Shown: positions 36,613-49,083, counted from the whole stretch's first letter. The stretch is 62,073 bases of DNA, filler included, from Sphacelaria rigidula (GCA_964200075.2; 8 parts of 8 records of this genome joined end to end with filler, not necessarily neighbours in it), one strand, 5' to 3'. Program-made: numbers and translations. The notes: generated from the letters alone by a model not told the origin.

Positions 36613-38761
36613 GTAAAACCAGATCTGAAAATTGATGGCAGCAAGTTTGGGTTTGGGCAAGGTTTGGGTGTGTGTTTTCAAGGTTTCACATGCAAAAGCA
36701 GAGCAGTTTAATACAGACACCAGTACACAAAGAGAGTGACGGTAACCCCAGGGAAAAATTCACCACACGGGCAAATCCACGCCTTATTTCTTCTCTTTCG
36801 CCCGTTCACAGTTCACTATTGCCAAGAAAAATGTGTCCGGCCTTGGGCCGTCGCACCCGGGGGTTTTGTCCCCTGAGCATCAAGTTTTCCCGTCGTCCAC
36901 CCGTCCATGGTTGTCCGTTAGTCTGCCCGCTGGGTTAAACCTACCATCCATCGTATGATACTGCTGCTGCTCCTCAGGTGTAGGCAATGCCGTACTCTAC
37001 TGTGTGTGGTAGCCTTGATCGGATTTACGTCGAGCTTGACCGTGCAAGTGTATCTCTCTCTATGTTTTGTGGTGTTGTACTCTAAATCTAAGTTTTGAAC
37101 TGTCTGTACTGCAGTGATGTGTTGGTCAAAACTTCGCGTTGACCAGCAACAACGAATAGTCGACCCACGAAACACGGACTGGCTGATGCTGGGCTAATAA
37201 TTCATGAAACCATCTGTCTCCCTTATACAGAAGCCATCCTACTTCACACAGGAGTAAAGGACGAAGAAACAGTTTCGAACGCTCGCCGGAGTAGTAGGCG
37301 TTTCATTCGCTGCTTTAGCATACGTTTTGTTCGGCATGTATTATGACCGTGTGTTGTGTGAAGCGGCAAGTGCGAAATACCGCTCGCCCTCCACGACGGC
37401 TGTTTTTTGTACAGGACAGAAGTATAATAATGGGGAACGAAAGTCTCGAGACCCTTCGAGACTAAGAAACAGGACAAAACCCTCTTTTTCATATCTAATA
37501 CAAGTCCTGTATGAAAATAAAACGTCAGTGCTCGTCATTGCTCGCGTGTATGTACGTACGGTAGGTACAATGTGCAGCAACAGCAATGTGTTTGCCAAGC
37601 GACCGAACGCGACAATATCAACCCAACTCCGCTTGTGCCTTCGATTATACCGTTTTCTCCTCCTGTCCTGCAGAGCTCGCTGTACGCACATGTGTTCATG
37701 CACACCCCCGACACCCACAACATGTATGTGTTCCGAAAACTAGACACATTTGTTACATATAAATAGAAATAGAAATGACCCAGATCGGCCTCCACCGACA
37801 GCACAGCACAGCACAGTGTGTGTATACTAGGCTATATTGGTAAGATGAGGCCCTTTACAAGGGCAGCACGGTAACGCCCTCCAAAGATTTTGGGATCTTT
37901 GCGCAGGCAGTAGCGTTCACCACACCTCGGCGCGAACCCTTCGTACCTCATACCTCATGAAAATGGAGTCACAAATGCTGTCGTCGGTGAAGAAATCAGC
38001 CATCTCAAGATGACCGCACTTCTTGGCAAAGGGGCTATTTGAGCCGCGGGTCAAGCACGCACTGTGTGTACGAGTACGATCATGTTACCCGTAAAACTGT
38101 GGTAGGTGAAGGGCAAAAATCAGGGGGAGTGGTCGTGGGTTGCTGCGGTCGCTTCGTCTCCTCACCCTAGGAAAATATCGAAGAATGCTACCTCGTAGAA
38201 AATGCGGCTGTCGGCTGTTGCTGGAACAAACTGTGCAGCACTTCGTCCAGCTTCTACTCTGTAGCCCGTGCAACCTCACCCTGAAATCTTGGCACTGTGA
38301 TGTTCAGTGCGTCGCCGGCCTACAGACTGCGTGCCCTACAAATCACCTCATGTTTTGCGGCGCGATTTGACCCAGTTGCTGCTGTATTGCCCCCTCCAAA
38401 GCATACACTACATGAAATAGCTTCCAAGATCAAGGCAGGGGCCCTTCTCGTGGCAAACAAACATCACCAAAAAGAAAAGCGTGTCTTATTCTTCGGATTT
38501 TTTGCTTGAAGTTCTATTTTTTAGTGAAGAAAGTGTCCAAAAAATCTCAAGTTTACTATTCTGGGAACAGAATATCGATGATCCCAGACGAAGGTCATGT
38601 TTTTTTGTCTGAGAGCAGCGAGCCCAAAAAAGAGCTGTCTCAACAAAAAACGCCTCCTCCCGACACCACCTGCGTGTGTGTGTGCGCGCGCGCGCGTGTG
38701 TGTGTATCGTCGTCCCATTTATTCTGGGCACCAGTCTACACCTTTCGGTATATGTGGGCGG

Positions 38762-38861
38762 NNNNNNNNNNNNNNNNNNNNNNNNNNNNNNNNNNNNNNN
38801 NNNNNTTAATTAATTAANNNNNNNNNNNNNNNNNNNNNNNNNNNNNNNNNNNNNNNNNNNN
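38762..38861. other. Artificial contig linker
   Basis: N44 + TTAATTAATTAA + N44. Confidence 0.98.
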
Positions 38862-39175
38862 GGTGAGACACCCATGAGACAGTGTATAGGCCGTGGCTGT
38901 TTCTGGAAGTGGTGATACCACAAAATGAAGCAACTCGTCGGAGGCTTTGATCCAAATGCAAGATAGTCAGTATGCTTCGGGCCGGACAACCTTAGCAGGA
39001 TGCAGCTCACCCTTCATGTGACTCGCCAAACACACCCCGGCGCTTCGCGCTTGGTTATTGACTGCCAGCCTGGTCCGGCGAAAACCCGGCGTGCTCCGTC
39101 CCGGCTTTGTAGGGATACGAGGTCAATCGTCTTATGACCATGTCATGCAAGATCGTGGGCACACGCCCTCCCCAG
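38862..39175 (+). mobile_element. Interspersed repeat family B copy
   Basis: Colinear with 42608-42912 and 8455-9000. Confidence 0.7.
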
Positions 39176-40037
39176 TCCAGCGGACTTCCCCCGCGATGAG
39201 TCTCTCTGAAACCTCGAAGGTTCACCCCACTTCTTCGCGGTACAGGAGCAGCCCTTCGCTGTCATGGAGCGTTGCATGATGACTTATCACCACGTTTCGT
39301 TGACCGCTGTAGTCCCTCGTCAAGTTTTACTCATGTTTTTCGTTGTAGTGGGTGGAACGTTGGTCGTGTAGGAGAGGGGCCTTTCGGCCATTGATCGTGA
39401 AAAACTCTTGTGTAAATGTACAAACCCAGACCTCAACATGTAGAGGCATCAGACGAGGGGTGTCCAGAGAGGAGTGTCCTATATAAATCGTGAGTTGGTA
39501 TGAGCTGGAGGTATACGGCGCCGATTTGAGCAATACTGTACTGTGTTGTGCGTATACTGGGAGGGGCTTTGTGATTGTCGGGTTCCGACTGCAAATGTTG
39601 AAGGTTGACCCTATTCACCATCTGAAACAAGCACGGATTGTTCGACGAGAAACTGCCGTCTCATTTGCTGGGTGAAAACTCAGTGTGATGAATCCTCGAT
39701 TTTACAGCATGTTATGATGTGATGAGGTGAAGTTTATCCCTGTCGTGTGGTGGTGAAGTGCGGACAGTCCCATCGCTTGATCACCACATTCGCTTGCTTT
39801 GAATTGGCAACCTGGACGGTGGGGGTGGGGGGGATCCATGATTGACCGTGGCTTAGTACTTATTTCCTTGTTGTTCCGTTGCTGCTCGTGCAATCGAGAC
39901 ATTCATATTGCCACTGCTTTTTTGTCACTTATTTCACTGTCGGTTGGTGTTTGGTTTCTTCCTTTCGTGTCAGCTGCATCTCATCTCCTCTTTCTCCTTT
40001 GCCCTACTTTTTAAATTCATTTTGGATGTGTTGGAAG

Positions 40038-40197
40038 GTTGAACCAAAGGTTAACCACCGGGATGTGGGGACGCGAGCAGCTTCACCAGTCTGCGGGGTT
40101 GGCAACGGGCGGAAGCTCTTTCGGCGGAATCGGAAGGCCGGGGCCAGAAAGTGCTGTGGAGCTCCTGGGTAGCGTAGTCGAGATGTTGAGGGAACAG
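40038..40197 (+). CDS. TPR protein, candidate exon
   Basis: Ends ..SAVELLGSVVEMLREQ|gt, phase 0, resembling the end of a TPR helix A; start uncertain. Confidence 0.45.
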
Positions 40198-40230
40198 GTC
40201 TGTACAAATCAGTCTCAACTGTCTCAATAC

Positions 40231-40242
40231 AGTAGTAGTAGC

Positions 40243-40305
<63 letters not shown>
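40231..40305. repeat. (AGT)n microsatellite
   Basis: Direct reading. Confidence 0.95.
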
Positions 40306-40306
<1 letters not shown>

Positions 40307-40982
40307 TATAGTATTAGTGATGGTAAAATTAGGACGAAGGCATGAGGACAGGGTGCTAAACCGTACCGAAACTGGCGTCGATGTGCCGATTCCCGTCAAG
40401 ATTCCATCGCTCGCCTGAAAATCAGGGATGTGAGCACTGAAATCAAGAACATGGAGAGTGGAACGTTTATGCGGTTAGTGGTCGTCGGTGAGCGTCAGAA
40501 GCACTCGAGATTCAAGCACGTGTGTAACATTTCGTCATGGCTAGCGTTGCCTGCATACACCAGGAGAATGCACACACATTCACCGACACCCTGACTTCAC
40601 CAGAATACGAGGAAATTTAATGGGAGTGCGAATGGTGACATGACATGGCTGGATTCATTGGGCGAGCATTAGCGATGTGTGCGATAAGCGCAATATATTG
40701 GACATCAATTTTGCCTCCGATTTCATTCCAGTTTTCTTTATATTTCCCCGCTGATTATCGCATTTGAAACCAGAGTTGAAGTTCACTCTTCAGCAACAAA
40801 ACCTGCTTGGCTTTGTTTGAGCTGTTGCGTTCCCACGCTTGGTACGTATAATCACGCTTGTCGCGCCTTGTCCCCTGACCAAGGAGACTGACTCTCCGTG
40901 CCTTTCCTAACTTGCACAATATGACTCTCGCTGTCTATGGGTTGGATGACTGGCGGGTATTGTTGTGTGTTCCGTGTCACAG

Positions 40983-41045
40983 AGCGATGCCAGAGACGCG
41001 CTAGCGGAGCCCTGCCTGCGTCGTTCCCTGGCCATACACGAGCGG
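40983..41045 (+). CDS. TPR protein exon (kinesin-light-chain/NPHP3-type 42-aa repeats)
   Basis: cag|SDARDALAEPCLRRSLAIHER|gtaagt. Confidence 0.7.
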
Positions 41046-42544
41046 GTAAGTCCATCATTTTCATGCGTGCTTGGAGTAATATTTTCATGCAGTTGCAGTC
41101 CAGCTTGTTGGGTAGTTTTCCGTCTCGAGTCATCCTTTTTTTTTTTGGAAGGTGGCCATAGAAAAGGTACTGCGCCCTTGTTAGTCTGGGGCCTCCATAT
41201 ATTAGCAGTTCCAAGTACTGTACCGGAGGGTACCGTAGTTCTTATTGCACTACCGATTGCAACAAGATACCCGGGGTATCGACTGCCAGACATACTGAGT
41301 ATTCCATAGTACCTGGTGTGTAGACTTCGAGAAATTTGCCGGGTGTTCCCAGGGTGCCTAGAGTATGCGCATCTAGAACCCTTGCCGTTCTCTACCTCAA
41401 CCACCTTTGTTTTTTTTTTGCTCCGAGCCATGTTAGACGCCAGCCCGTCTGACAGTTGGGGTGAGTCTGTTTCCGACTTTTGATGGTGCACCCCTTCCAT
41501 TTCCCGTTCTCATCGGTTGGAAGCTGTTCAGTTCGTTTCTCTTCCCAACTGCGTCGTACCGTGCGGTCGAACGTGTTTCTCTTTTTTATACGAGGAGCGG
41601 GGATTCGTTTTAACACGTGTACTGTACGGGGTATTGTTGGCGTTCAGCTCCCTCCGGTCTCGCTTCAGTCAACCCCACTAATGAGATCGTGTTTTTAGTA
41701 TTCGTGTTCCATGTATTGATGCCGGTTGACGATGCCACTTGTTTTCTTCACATGTCCTCAACCCGCGGGTGCCATACTAGGTTTCTTTTGCTCGGGTCCG
41801 AGTATTATCACCCGTCTAAAACTCCCCGTTACGGCTGACTCCTTTTTCTCAACACCCGAGTTATTCCCCCGCCCTCGCCCCCCGTCTCCGCCTCAACTAT
41901 TGCCTCTGAATTTTTGCGATTGGGTCGAGTGAGGTGTCCGAGAAAGCGGGTGCTGATACGACACTTTTCTACGATAGCCCTCCCCCCCCAAAAACAAACA
42001 AAAACAAACAAGAAGCAGCCAAAAGCTGTACGAAAAAATGGTCATCCAGCACCTGATGCTCGGTCTCGGGCTGCGTAAAGCGTCTCGTTTAGGCGACATT
42101 GGCGAAATGAACCCAAGCGTGGGAATTCCCAGCTGCTCGTTGTGCCCGTCTTTTTTTTGCGATGTACGTGTAGATTTTTCCTCCCCGAACCAGCCACCTT
42201 TTGGGAGGGGCTATCGTAAAATTTTTCATACCTGTAGCCTCGAGATATCGATATCGCATCACTGCGTATGTAACTCGCAGAAGCAGTGGACCAGTCGTGC
42301 GTTGTTCTGATACAGGGTTGTAGGGCGAATTTGACGAAATCGCCGAGCGGATCTTTGGATGGTTAGACTGCGTAAAGAGTCCATTTCGTCTGTCGCAACC
42401 CTTCCCCCCCGTGACCTTTCCATTTGAAGAGTTGGCGTCGGTTGGCAATGACGCTGTAAAACACGCTACTCATTGCGTAAGATGGGCAACCAGGATGCCA
42501 TTTTTTTGCGGTAACTGTGATTATGGTCGAGTTGGATCACATTG

Positions 42545-42912
42545 CGCGGGGTGAAGGGTATCAACTCCGCGCAAAGGAGATGATCGTGCTACGCAGTGTT
42601 CATATGTTGAGAGACATCCATGAGGCAGTGTAACCCGCTGCTGTCTCTGGAAGTGGCGATACCAGAAAATGAACTAACTCACTGCAGGCTATCATCCATA
42701 TGCAATATCATTTACACGCTTCGGGTCAAGTGATCTTCGCAGGATCCAGCTCACCATTCATGCGACTCGCCGAATACACCCTGGTGCTTCGTGCATAGTG
42801 ATTGTGTGCAAGTCTGATCCGGCGAAAGCCCGTCATGCTCCATCCCGGCTTTGTAGGGATGCGAGGCCAATGGTCGTATGACTAGAGCATGCAAGATGAT
42901 GAGCACACCCCC
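42545..42912 (+). mobile_element. Interspersed repeat family B copy (intronic)
   Basis: Colinear with 38862-39175 and 8405-9030. Confidence 0.7.
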
Positions 42913-43235
42913 CGTTGACGCGAATGTCTGGTTTGCCAGTCACTCTGCAATAGAAAACGAAATTACTCCTGAGCGTTTCCCAACATGGACGTGAAACGCT
43001 TTCGAATTTTTGTATTCGACATGAGTGTCTGGGCATGAATGAACCCTAGTCTTGACAATATTCCAATCTTCACTGAGCCAACCTGTGTAGAGTATCAAAT
43101 CGGGCACGCAGTAGAGTTTTTTCTTGCGCCACTTCAATCCCCTCACGCTGCCCACCTGACACTGATGTTTGTTTTCATTTCGAAACTCAACGCAACATGG
43201 GAACTTGTGCGTGGTGGTGACACTACATGATGAAG

Positions 43236-43305
43236 ATATATGGCCCGTACCACCCGGAAGTGGCGACGGATCTATCCAACCTGGCGGAAGTGCTACAAGA
43301 CAACG
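43236..43305 (+). CDS. TPR protein exon
   Basis: aag|IYGPYHPEVATDLSNLAEVLQDN-g|gtaag; G..HP.VA..L.NLA TPR consensus. Confidence 0.8.
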
Positions 43306-43325
43306 GTAAGAACTGCCCCCACCCA

Positions 43326-43336
43326 TTGTTGTTGTT

Positions 43337-43420
<84 letters not shown>

Positions 43421-43440
43421 GCTGCTGCTGCTGCTGTTGT
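43326..43440. repeat. (TGT)n/(TGC)n microsatellite
   Basis: Direct reading; shorter (TGT)n tracts at 18390-18418 and 21285-21318. Confidence 0.95.
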
Positions 43441-43912
43441 TTTTGTAGACCAGGGTTGCACGTCATGCACATATCGGGTCGAAACTGTCTGTTCGATCCA
43501 CAGATGTTTGTCTCCTCCAACCATCATATTTGACCAAGAGTTCGCAAGAATATATTTATATATTGCGGAAGATATTGTGCACGACTCGAATCTACTGATC
43601 TTACTGCGCGTCGAAGGAACAAAGTAATTTACCCGTGGTCAACCAAACTTGCGGCTCTTAGTGTGGAAATAATGTATAGAAACGTATCTTATGGTTCATA
43701 CAGTGTATGAAGACTTTGACCGAGCAAGAAGAAAAGTTGATCCACAAACAAATGTTGTATATTGAGAAGACACTCGTTCATCAGAAGGCTGCGAAGCTGA
43801 TGGTACCGATGTTTCCCTTGATGTCACTTGTGTAGACCCGTAATGGACCTGCTGCGCCTGCCAGTGCATGGGAAACAAACATCCTGGCTTGCTTTGTTGA
43901 TGTAATCCACAG

Positions 43913-44037
43913 GGGAGATAGAGCAGTCGGAGCCGTTGCACCGGAGAGCGTTGGCGATCCGAGAGAGCTTCCTCGGTCCAGAGCACAAGGATGTTGCCTT
44001 CAGTCTGCACAACCTCGGGCTGGTGATGTTGGCAAAG
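43913..44037 (+). CDS. TPR protein exon
   Basis: cag|gg-EIEQSEPLHRRALAIRESFLGPEHKDVAFSLHNLGLVMLAK|gt; phase 1 matches the previous exon. Not in the ORF track. Confidence 0.88.
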
Positions 44038-44664
44038 GTAAAGCGCTGAAAAATGACATGTTGAACGTTGTACCTTGTTGGGAGATTGATTGTCTCGCAT
44101 GACGGCCGCTCGTCCGCCACAAGTTGAGCTGCGGCCACAGGATGAACGCACCCTGAGTAATGAAGCAGAAACAATTAGCTCAAGAGAATCTGAGGAGTGA
44201 CTGGGGGAGATCCCGAGTGAATCGCCCTGTCATTTGGCGGTTTACCCCGGCGGTCAATCTATATAACCTCGAACGCTCGTATCGACCGTATCACAACTGC
44301 ACGGTAGCGTGCTTCGTCGACATGGGTACGGAAAACCCGACTGGCTAGGAGGCCATTTGCCTCTAGAACCGCAGCTCTATAGTGATACTGTTATGAGCTA
44401 GTTGGGGTTTCACGTCCCATGCTTGTATGTGCCCCCATGCCAAATATTTACGACAGGCTCCGTTTCGCTGTACGAATGCCCCGGGAAGGAAACCCTCGAA
44501 ATGTGGGCGGTGAAATGAGAACAAAATGAGAGTTATTTCTGTTGGTCTCCTGGAATTGGTTCGTCTTTCACTTAAGGTTTTGCCGAAATGGTGGTTTCAT
44601 CGAAATCCTCTCACCGCACCATCATCTCCCGCCTTCCCTGCTTCCGGTGGACGGAATATTGCAG

Positions 44665-44764
44665 GGGGAGGAAGCCACAGGTAAACAGTACATGCACCGA
44701 GCAAACCAGATCTGGGAAAAGGCGTACAGCGGGAGTGATACCGCTCAGTCCACCCCCAGCAGAG
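44665..44764 (+). CDS. TPR protein exon
   Basis: cag|GEEATGKQYMHRANQIWEKAYSGSDTAQSTPSR-g|gtgagt; completes the repeat. A possible further exon lies at 45558-45664. Confidence 0.65.
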
Positions 44765-45104
44765 GTGAGTCAAGTGATTTTCGCCATACAGCAATACAGC
44801 AACAGTCGTATCATGTGCAAGTGTTCTTGTCGGCGATGCACAAAAATTACTCCACAGTCATTCTACAGGTTGGGTACCGAGGAAACGACGTCACCCATGG
44901 TGACTGGCGAGTCCAAGGCCTCGTGCGGCCGTAAAATACTGTACATTAGATTCTGTTTGCCGCGAAATGTTGGTGAGATACTTTGAAAGGCACCGAGTTC
45001 GGTGGCGTAGCCCTTAGCCGTAGTTTAGGAGATTATGTGTGTCGCGTGTCCTGTCGAGTCGTGTGGTATCCTTCGTACAACACCTACGGTATGTAGGAAG
45101 TGTC

Positions 45105-45274
45105 CACACCCTGGACAATATATGGTCAATAGATGCAATAGACGAGAAATGTACTGCATAAATTATAGGTCTGTTGCAACTGCTGCCGGCCGACAATAGT
45201 TGCAATAGGCCTATACTCTATGCAGTACACTTCTCGTCTATGGCAACTATTGACCATATATTGTCTAAGGTGTG
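45105..45274. mobile_element. 170-bp fully palindromic MITE with 8-bp TSD
   Basis: CACACCCTGGACAATATATGGTCAATAG... pairs along its whole length with ...CTATTGACCATATATTGTCTAAGGTGTG; flanks GAAGTGTC / AAAGTGTC. Confidence 0.8.
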
Positions 45275-46532
45275 AAAGTGTCACAGTATTGATTTTGGTA
45301 CTGTTTGCTCCCAACATGCGGTAAGAACAACCTAGTACGAAACAATGGCGGGCAGCCACGTACCTTGTGTTGTGTTTCGCTTTGTTTGTTTTGTTCTCTT
45401 CGCCCTTCGGGGAGGGGAGATAAGCAAAGCATTGCTTTGCTTGTTGTGAGGCTGGTCTCTGACTTGTTTGAGTGGTACGCTGTCTTGACTCCTTTTCGCT
45501 TCTCCTCCCTCCCCTCTCTCTCTTTTCCCACGCTGGGTTGCGTTTGTGAAAAACCAGGCGCACCGTTGAGAGTGCGGGCAGCCAGTGCAGATAGGATAGT
45601 GGTGTCGACAAGTAGTAGCGCCTCCGAAAGCAGCTTGGTCCATCGCTCCCCGTGGGACTTCATGGTGGGTTGCCTCTCAACGCCCGAGTGCTGATGTCGT
45701 CCATGTCGACAGTGGGAAGGAGATGGTGTTGCTTTTGAAGACGTTTCTTCTCTGAAATTGCGCTGATGTAGGGTGGGTGCAAGCCCTTGCATTCGCCGAG
45801 GGGTGTCGATATCCGCTGATGATTTGTTTTTGGTGCCACATGATATTTGGTCTTTGGTATCGATCGCTTCTTAGCCGTCTGGTGATGCTATCCAATGAGC
45901 AGTGGCTTGCTGGGAGGAAATTCAAGGGCGTTCCTTTTCTTTTTTACAGCATTCATTGTACCATCATTGCATCATTCCTGTACCATCCCTCACCATGGCG
46001 AGGGCAGCGGGTGCGGGTCAGGGAACATACAGTTCGAAGGTCGTACGACTTTGCTACAGTAACGGGTTGGAGCCCAAGGAACGCTTTCGGGCAGTCGGCA
46101 AAGAGATCCATGAGATAGTAGGCAAGGGGTGTGCAGAATTCTCTGCTCTTTCATCCGCAGATGGCTGAGAGCTTCTCGGAGCACTGGGCAAAAGTATTAT
46201 AGTGTTCAGCTTTCACGTTTCCACGATTTTTTCATGGGGAGTGTTACACGCGCCGAACTTGAATTGAGCAGAGGTGTTGATGGCCTCATTGTTTTTCGAG
46301 CGATGTTTTTCTAGTTTTGGATTTGGCCACATATTTAAGCTTGAAGAGACGAGAGTTTTGTTCTACCTGTTGGTCGCTAATTGTACTCGATACTGTTGCA
46401 GTGGTATGAACCATGGAACATGAAACATGTGGCATGCAGCGGGGGGGGGGGGGGGGGGGGTTCTTTTTTTGTTTTTTTGGGGGGGGGGGGGGGGGGAAAA
46501 AAACCCCTTTTTTTTTGTGCGGGTGGGGGGGG

Positions 46533-46632
46533 NNNNNNNNNNNNNNNNNNNNNNNNNNNNNNNNNNNNNNNNNNNNTTAATTAATTAANNNNNNNNNNNN
46601 NNNNNNNNNNNNNNNNNNNNNNNNNNNNNNNN
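46533..46632. other. Artificial contig linker
   Basis: N44 + TTAATTAATTAA + N44. Confidence 0.98.
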
Positions 46633-46643
46633 AAGCAAACGCG

Positions 46644-46961
46644 ATGGGGTCGCCGGAGGTATGGGACGGCGAAACGGGATGGAATGTGAAGAATTATGCG
46701 GTGAGAGCGTTTAAGGCGCTGATGTATCGTAGATTTCGGATGGTCAATTCGCCGTTGTCCCATCGTAAGTGTAAGCGAATGATGCGTGATATTGCTCATA
46801 TGATGTCAGGTCAGATGCTTAATGAGGATGGTGTGGTGTCCTCGAGAGCTGTTGCTATGCGGGACTGTATGATTGTTCCCGTTCCACCTCTCGTTTCACC
46901 TGATCAAGCGACTGAAACAGGAGAAATTGTTGATGCGCAAGCTTCTGTGAAGGCAGAGTAA
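46644..46961 (+). mobile_element. ORF fragment of a non-autonomous LTR element (integrase-derived half fused to family C-like half)
   Basis: GSPEVW..N.KN..NSP.S...RMMR resembles the family B integrase; EDGV.S..VA.RDCM.VPV.PLVS resembles ORF 57700-58248. Confidence 0.6.
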
Positions 46962-47249
46962 TTGTCACATCGGTTCGGCAGTAAGCAGACCTGCTAGCGT
47001 CACAGACTGAACGTGGTTCACACAATGGATCGCCGCGTTACCATGTTCCTCTTCCGGAGTACCCGGCGTCTTGGTGCAGCCGTCGATCTTGGTAACCATT
47101 CTGCCGGGTTAGACCGCGTAGGGCATTTCAATACCGTGCAGGAACGATTTTATACCGCCCGGGGGGTGTCCGCTGCCTTGCTGGCCGCTCTGCCGGGTTA
47201 GACCACGTAGGGAATTTGAACACCGTGCAGAAACGATCCCTTTTCTCCA

Positions 47250-49083
47250 TCAATTGGACCCCGAAAGTGTTCCTGTATCCTGCCCATTCACAGCATATTG
47301 CCGCACCTCTAACTGCGTCATCTCTTCCCAATCCCAATCCCCATCCTCATACTTGATACGATAATACGGCTGACGGAAATCGAACACTATCCCGTCGAAC
47401 TCCTGCTGCTCACCTTGGCTGTCCACAAACCGTTTACGGATTTTGGTCCCTCAGGAAAATCTGTCGCAAAGCTTCATCCCGAGCAATAGAGTCTCTTGCT
47501 GCTTGAGATGGCGTAACAGATGGGCGTGGTTTGGCTTGCGGGTGATATAGTTCCCACAAGGCATGAAACACGCCCAGCTGCAACCCAGTGAAACTGCCCA
47601 AAACTTCCTCCTCAGAAAGACAGAAAAATTCGGCTCCGTCATGAAATAACCCCCGATAGGCCCACTCCCATGACGATGTTGATCCTAGCACCACCTTCAC
47701 ATCTGTCAATGTGTGCAGTTGCGGGACGGACGTGATCTCCTCAGCCAACTCCAAATCAGCCCCCCACGCTAACTGAGAGTACTCGTCCGGAAACGGATGC
47801 CGTAGCTGTTCAGAGCGCACATGAAATTTCTTCACATTGCCTGCCGATACCGCCCGTCCTCGTACCTTGCGCCCCTGCATGCTGACCTTAAGGCTGAGAC
47901 CTGGTATCACCACTTGCTGTACCGTCCATGGTCCCGTCCACAAGTCGTGCACTAGTTTAGTTGGCACATGTTCGTGTACAAGGGAGCTGTCGGGCTCTTT
48001 CACTAACATCAGATCCCCTACTACCTGAGCTCGCGACCCCGCTGATTGGTGAATCAGCTCGGCATTTCTAGCCGATCTTCCCTTTGCTTGTGGCGTTGGG
48101 TCAACAGCTCGTGAACCTCCTTCAGGTTCTAGCGCTGTTGTTTCACCGTGTTGTTCAACGGTGGAGACTCCGCTTCAGGTGACACAGCGTCTATTTGGGT
48201 GCGTGGCTCGCACACAAAAATCAGCTTGAATAGAGTCGGGTTATTAGGCAATAGCGGGTCGGGAGTAGTGCGGTGAATCCACACAGCGGGGTCTAAGTAC
48301 TCATCCCAACTTTCCGGTCACTGCTTACAGAGCTCGGCTGAAATGTCGTGCAACCATCCCCCGTACCTCTCCACCGCGCCCTGACCGCGAGGGTGCTCTG
48401 CCGGACCGTGATCCAGCTTCACTTTCATCCACTGGCATACATGGTTCACTAACTCCGACGTGAACTCCCCCCCAGCGTCACTCCTTAGAAAGTAGGGTAC
48501 CCCGAACGTCAAGAAGAGCTTCAGCAGACATTTCGCTACGGGTACCGTGAGCTTGGCAGCCAATGGAGAAGCAAAGAGAAACTTGGTTGCTCGATCTACG
48601 ATGATCAACAAGTACCTGTTACCCGAGGCGGAAACCTGCTTCATGTCCGATATGTCCATTTTCAACACCTCCCATGCCCGCAGGAATCGGGTGGGCCGCA
48701 TCGCTAGGGTGTGACTATTGGTACGCTTGCGTCGGCGACATCCACAAGACAACACGTATTTGCGAGTATCGGCGAAAATACCAGGCCATTCGTACCGTGC
48801 GTTGACTACTGCCGTCATCCTCATTACTCCGGCGTGCCCCTGCGTAGTGTGCACCAACGCCAGCAGACCCGGCACTCGGCTGCGAGGGATAGCTAACTTA
48901 GCTGGCTCCTTAGGGGAGGTATACCATGAAATATTATTCTCATCTAGCACGTACGCATCCCGCCTCTTGCCAGCTCCTTCATTCTTAGGCCCCTCTTTTA
49001 ACCTATACTTGATGGGTCCAAGACGGGAGTCCCGCTCTTGTAATAAAACGAGTTGCGGTTTGTCCATCAGTATCGCCCTCGCT
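47250..49083 (-). pseudogene. Ty3/gypsy family A integrase with GPY/F region and C-terminal Tudor-like domain
   Basis: HTTQGHAG..C.C; LKMD; IVDRATKF; LRSDAGGEF; HPRGQGAVER; KLVHDLWTGPW. After a frameshift: GTKIRKRF..EFDGIVFDFRQPYYRIKYEDGDWDWEEM. Confidence 0.88.

Noticed and set aside
39430-39620. Possible LINE reverse-transcriptase relic (RGIRRG.., VYGADL)
   Set aside because: The resemblance to QG/YADD motifs is too weak to support without a profile search.
42940-43533. Poly-Q/T/C/L/Y/S ORFs (also 40004-40399, 18350-18627)
   Set aside because: Translations of intronic trinucleotide microsatellites.
46441-46532. G/T/A homopolymer blocks at contig ends (also 7774-7870, 15345-15400) as G-quadruplex or telomere signals
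   Set aside because: They look like low-quality sequence after poly-G/C runs, where short-read contigs break.
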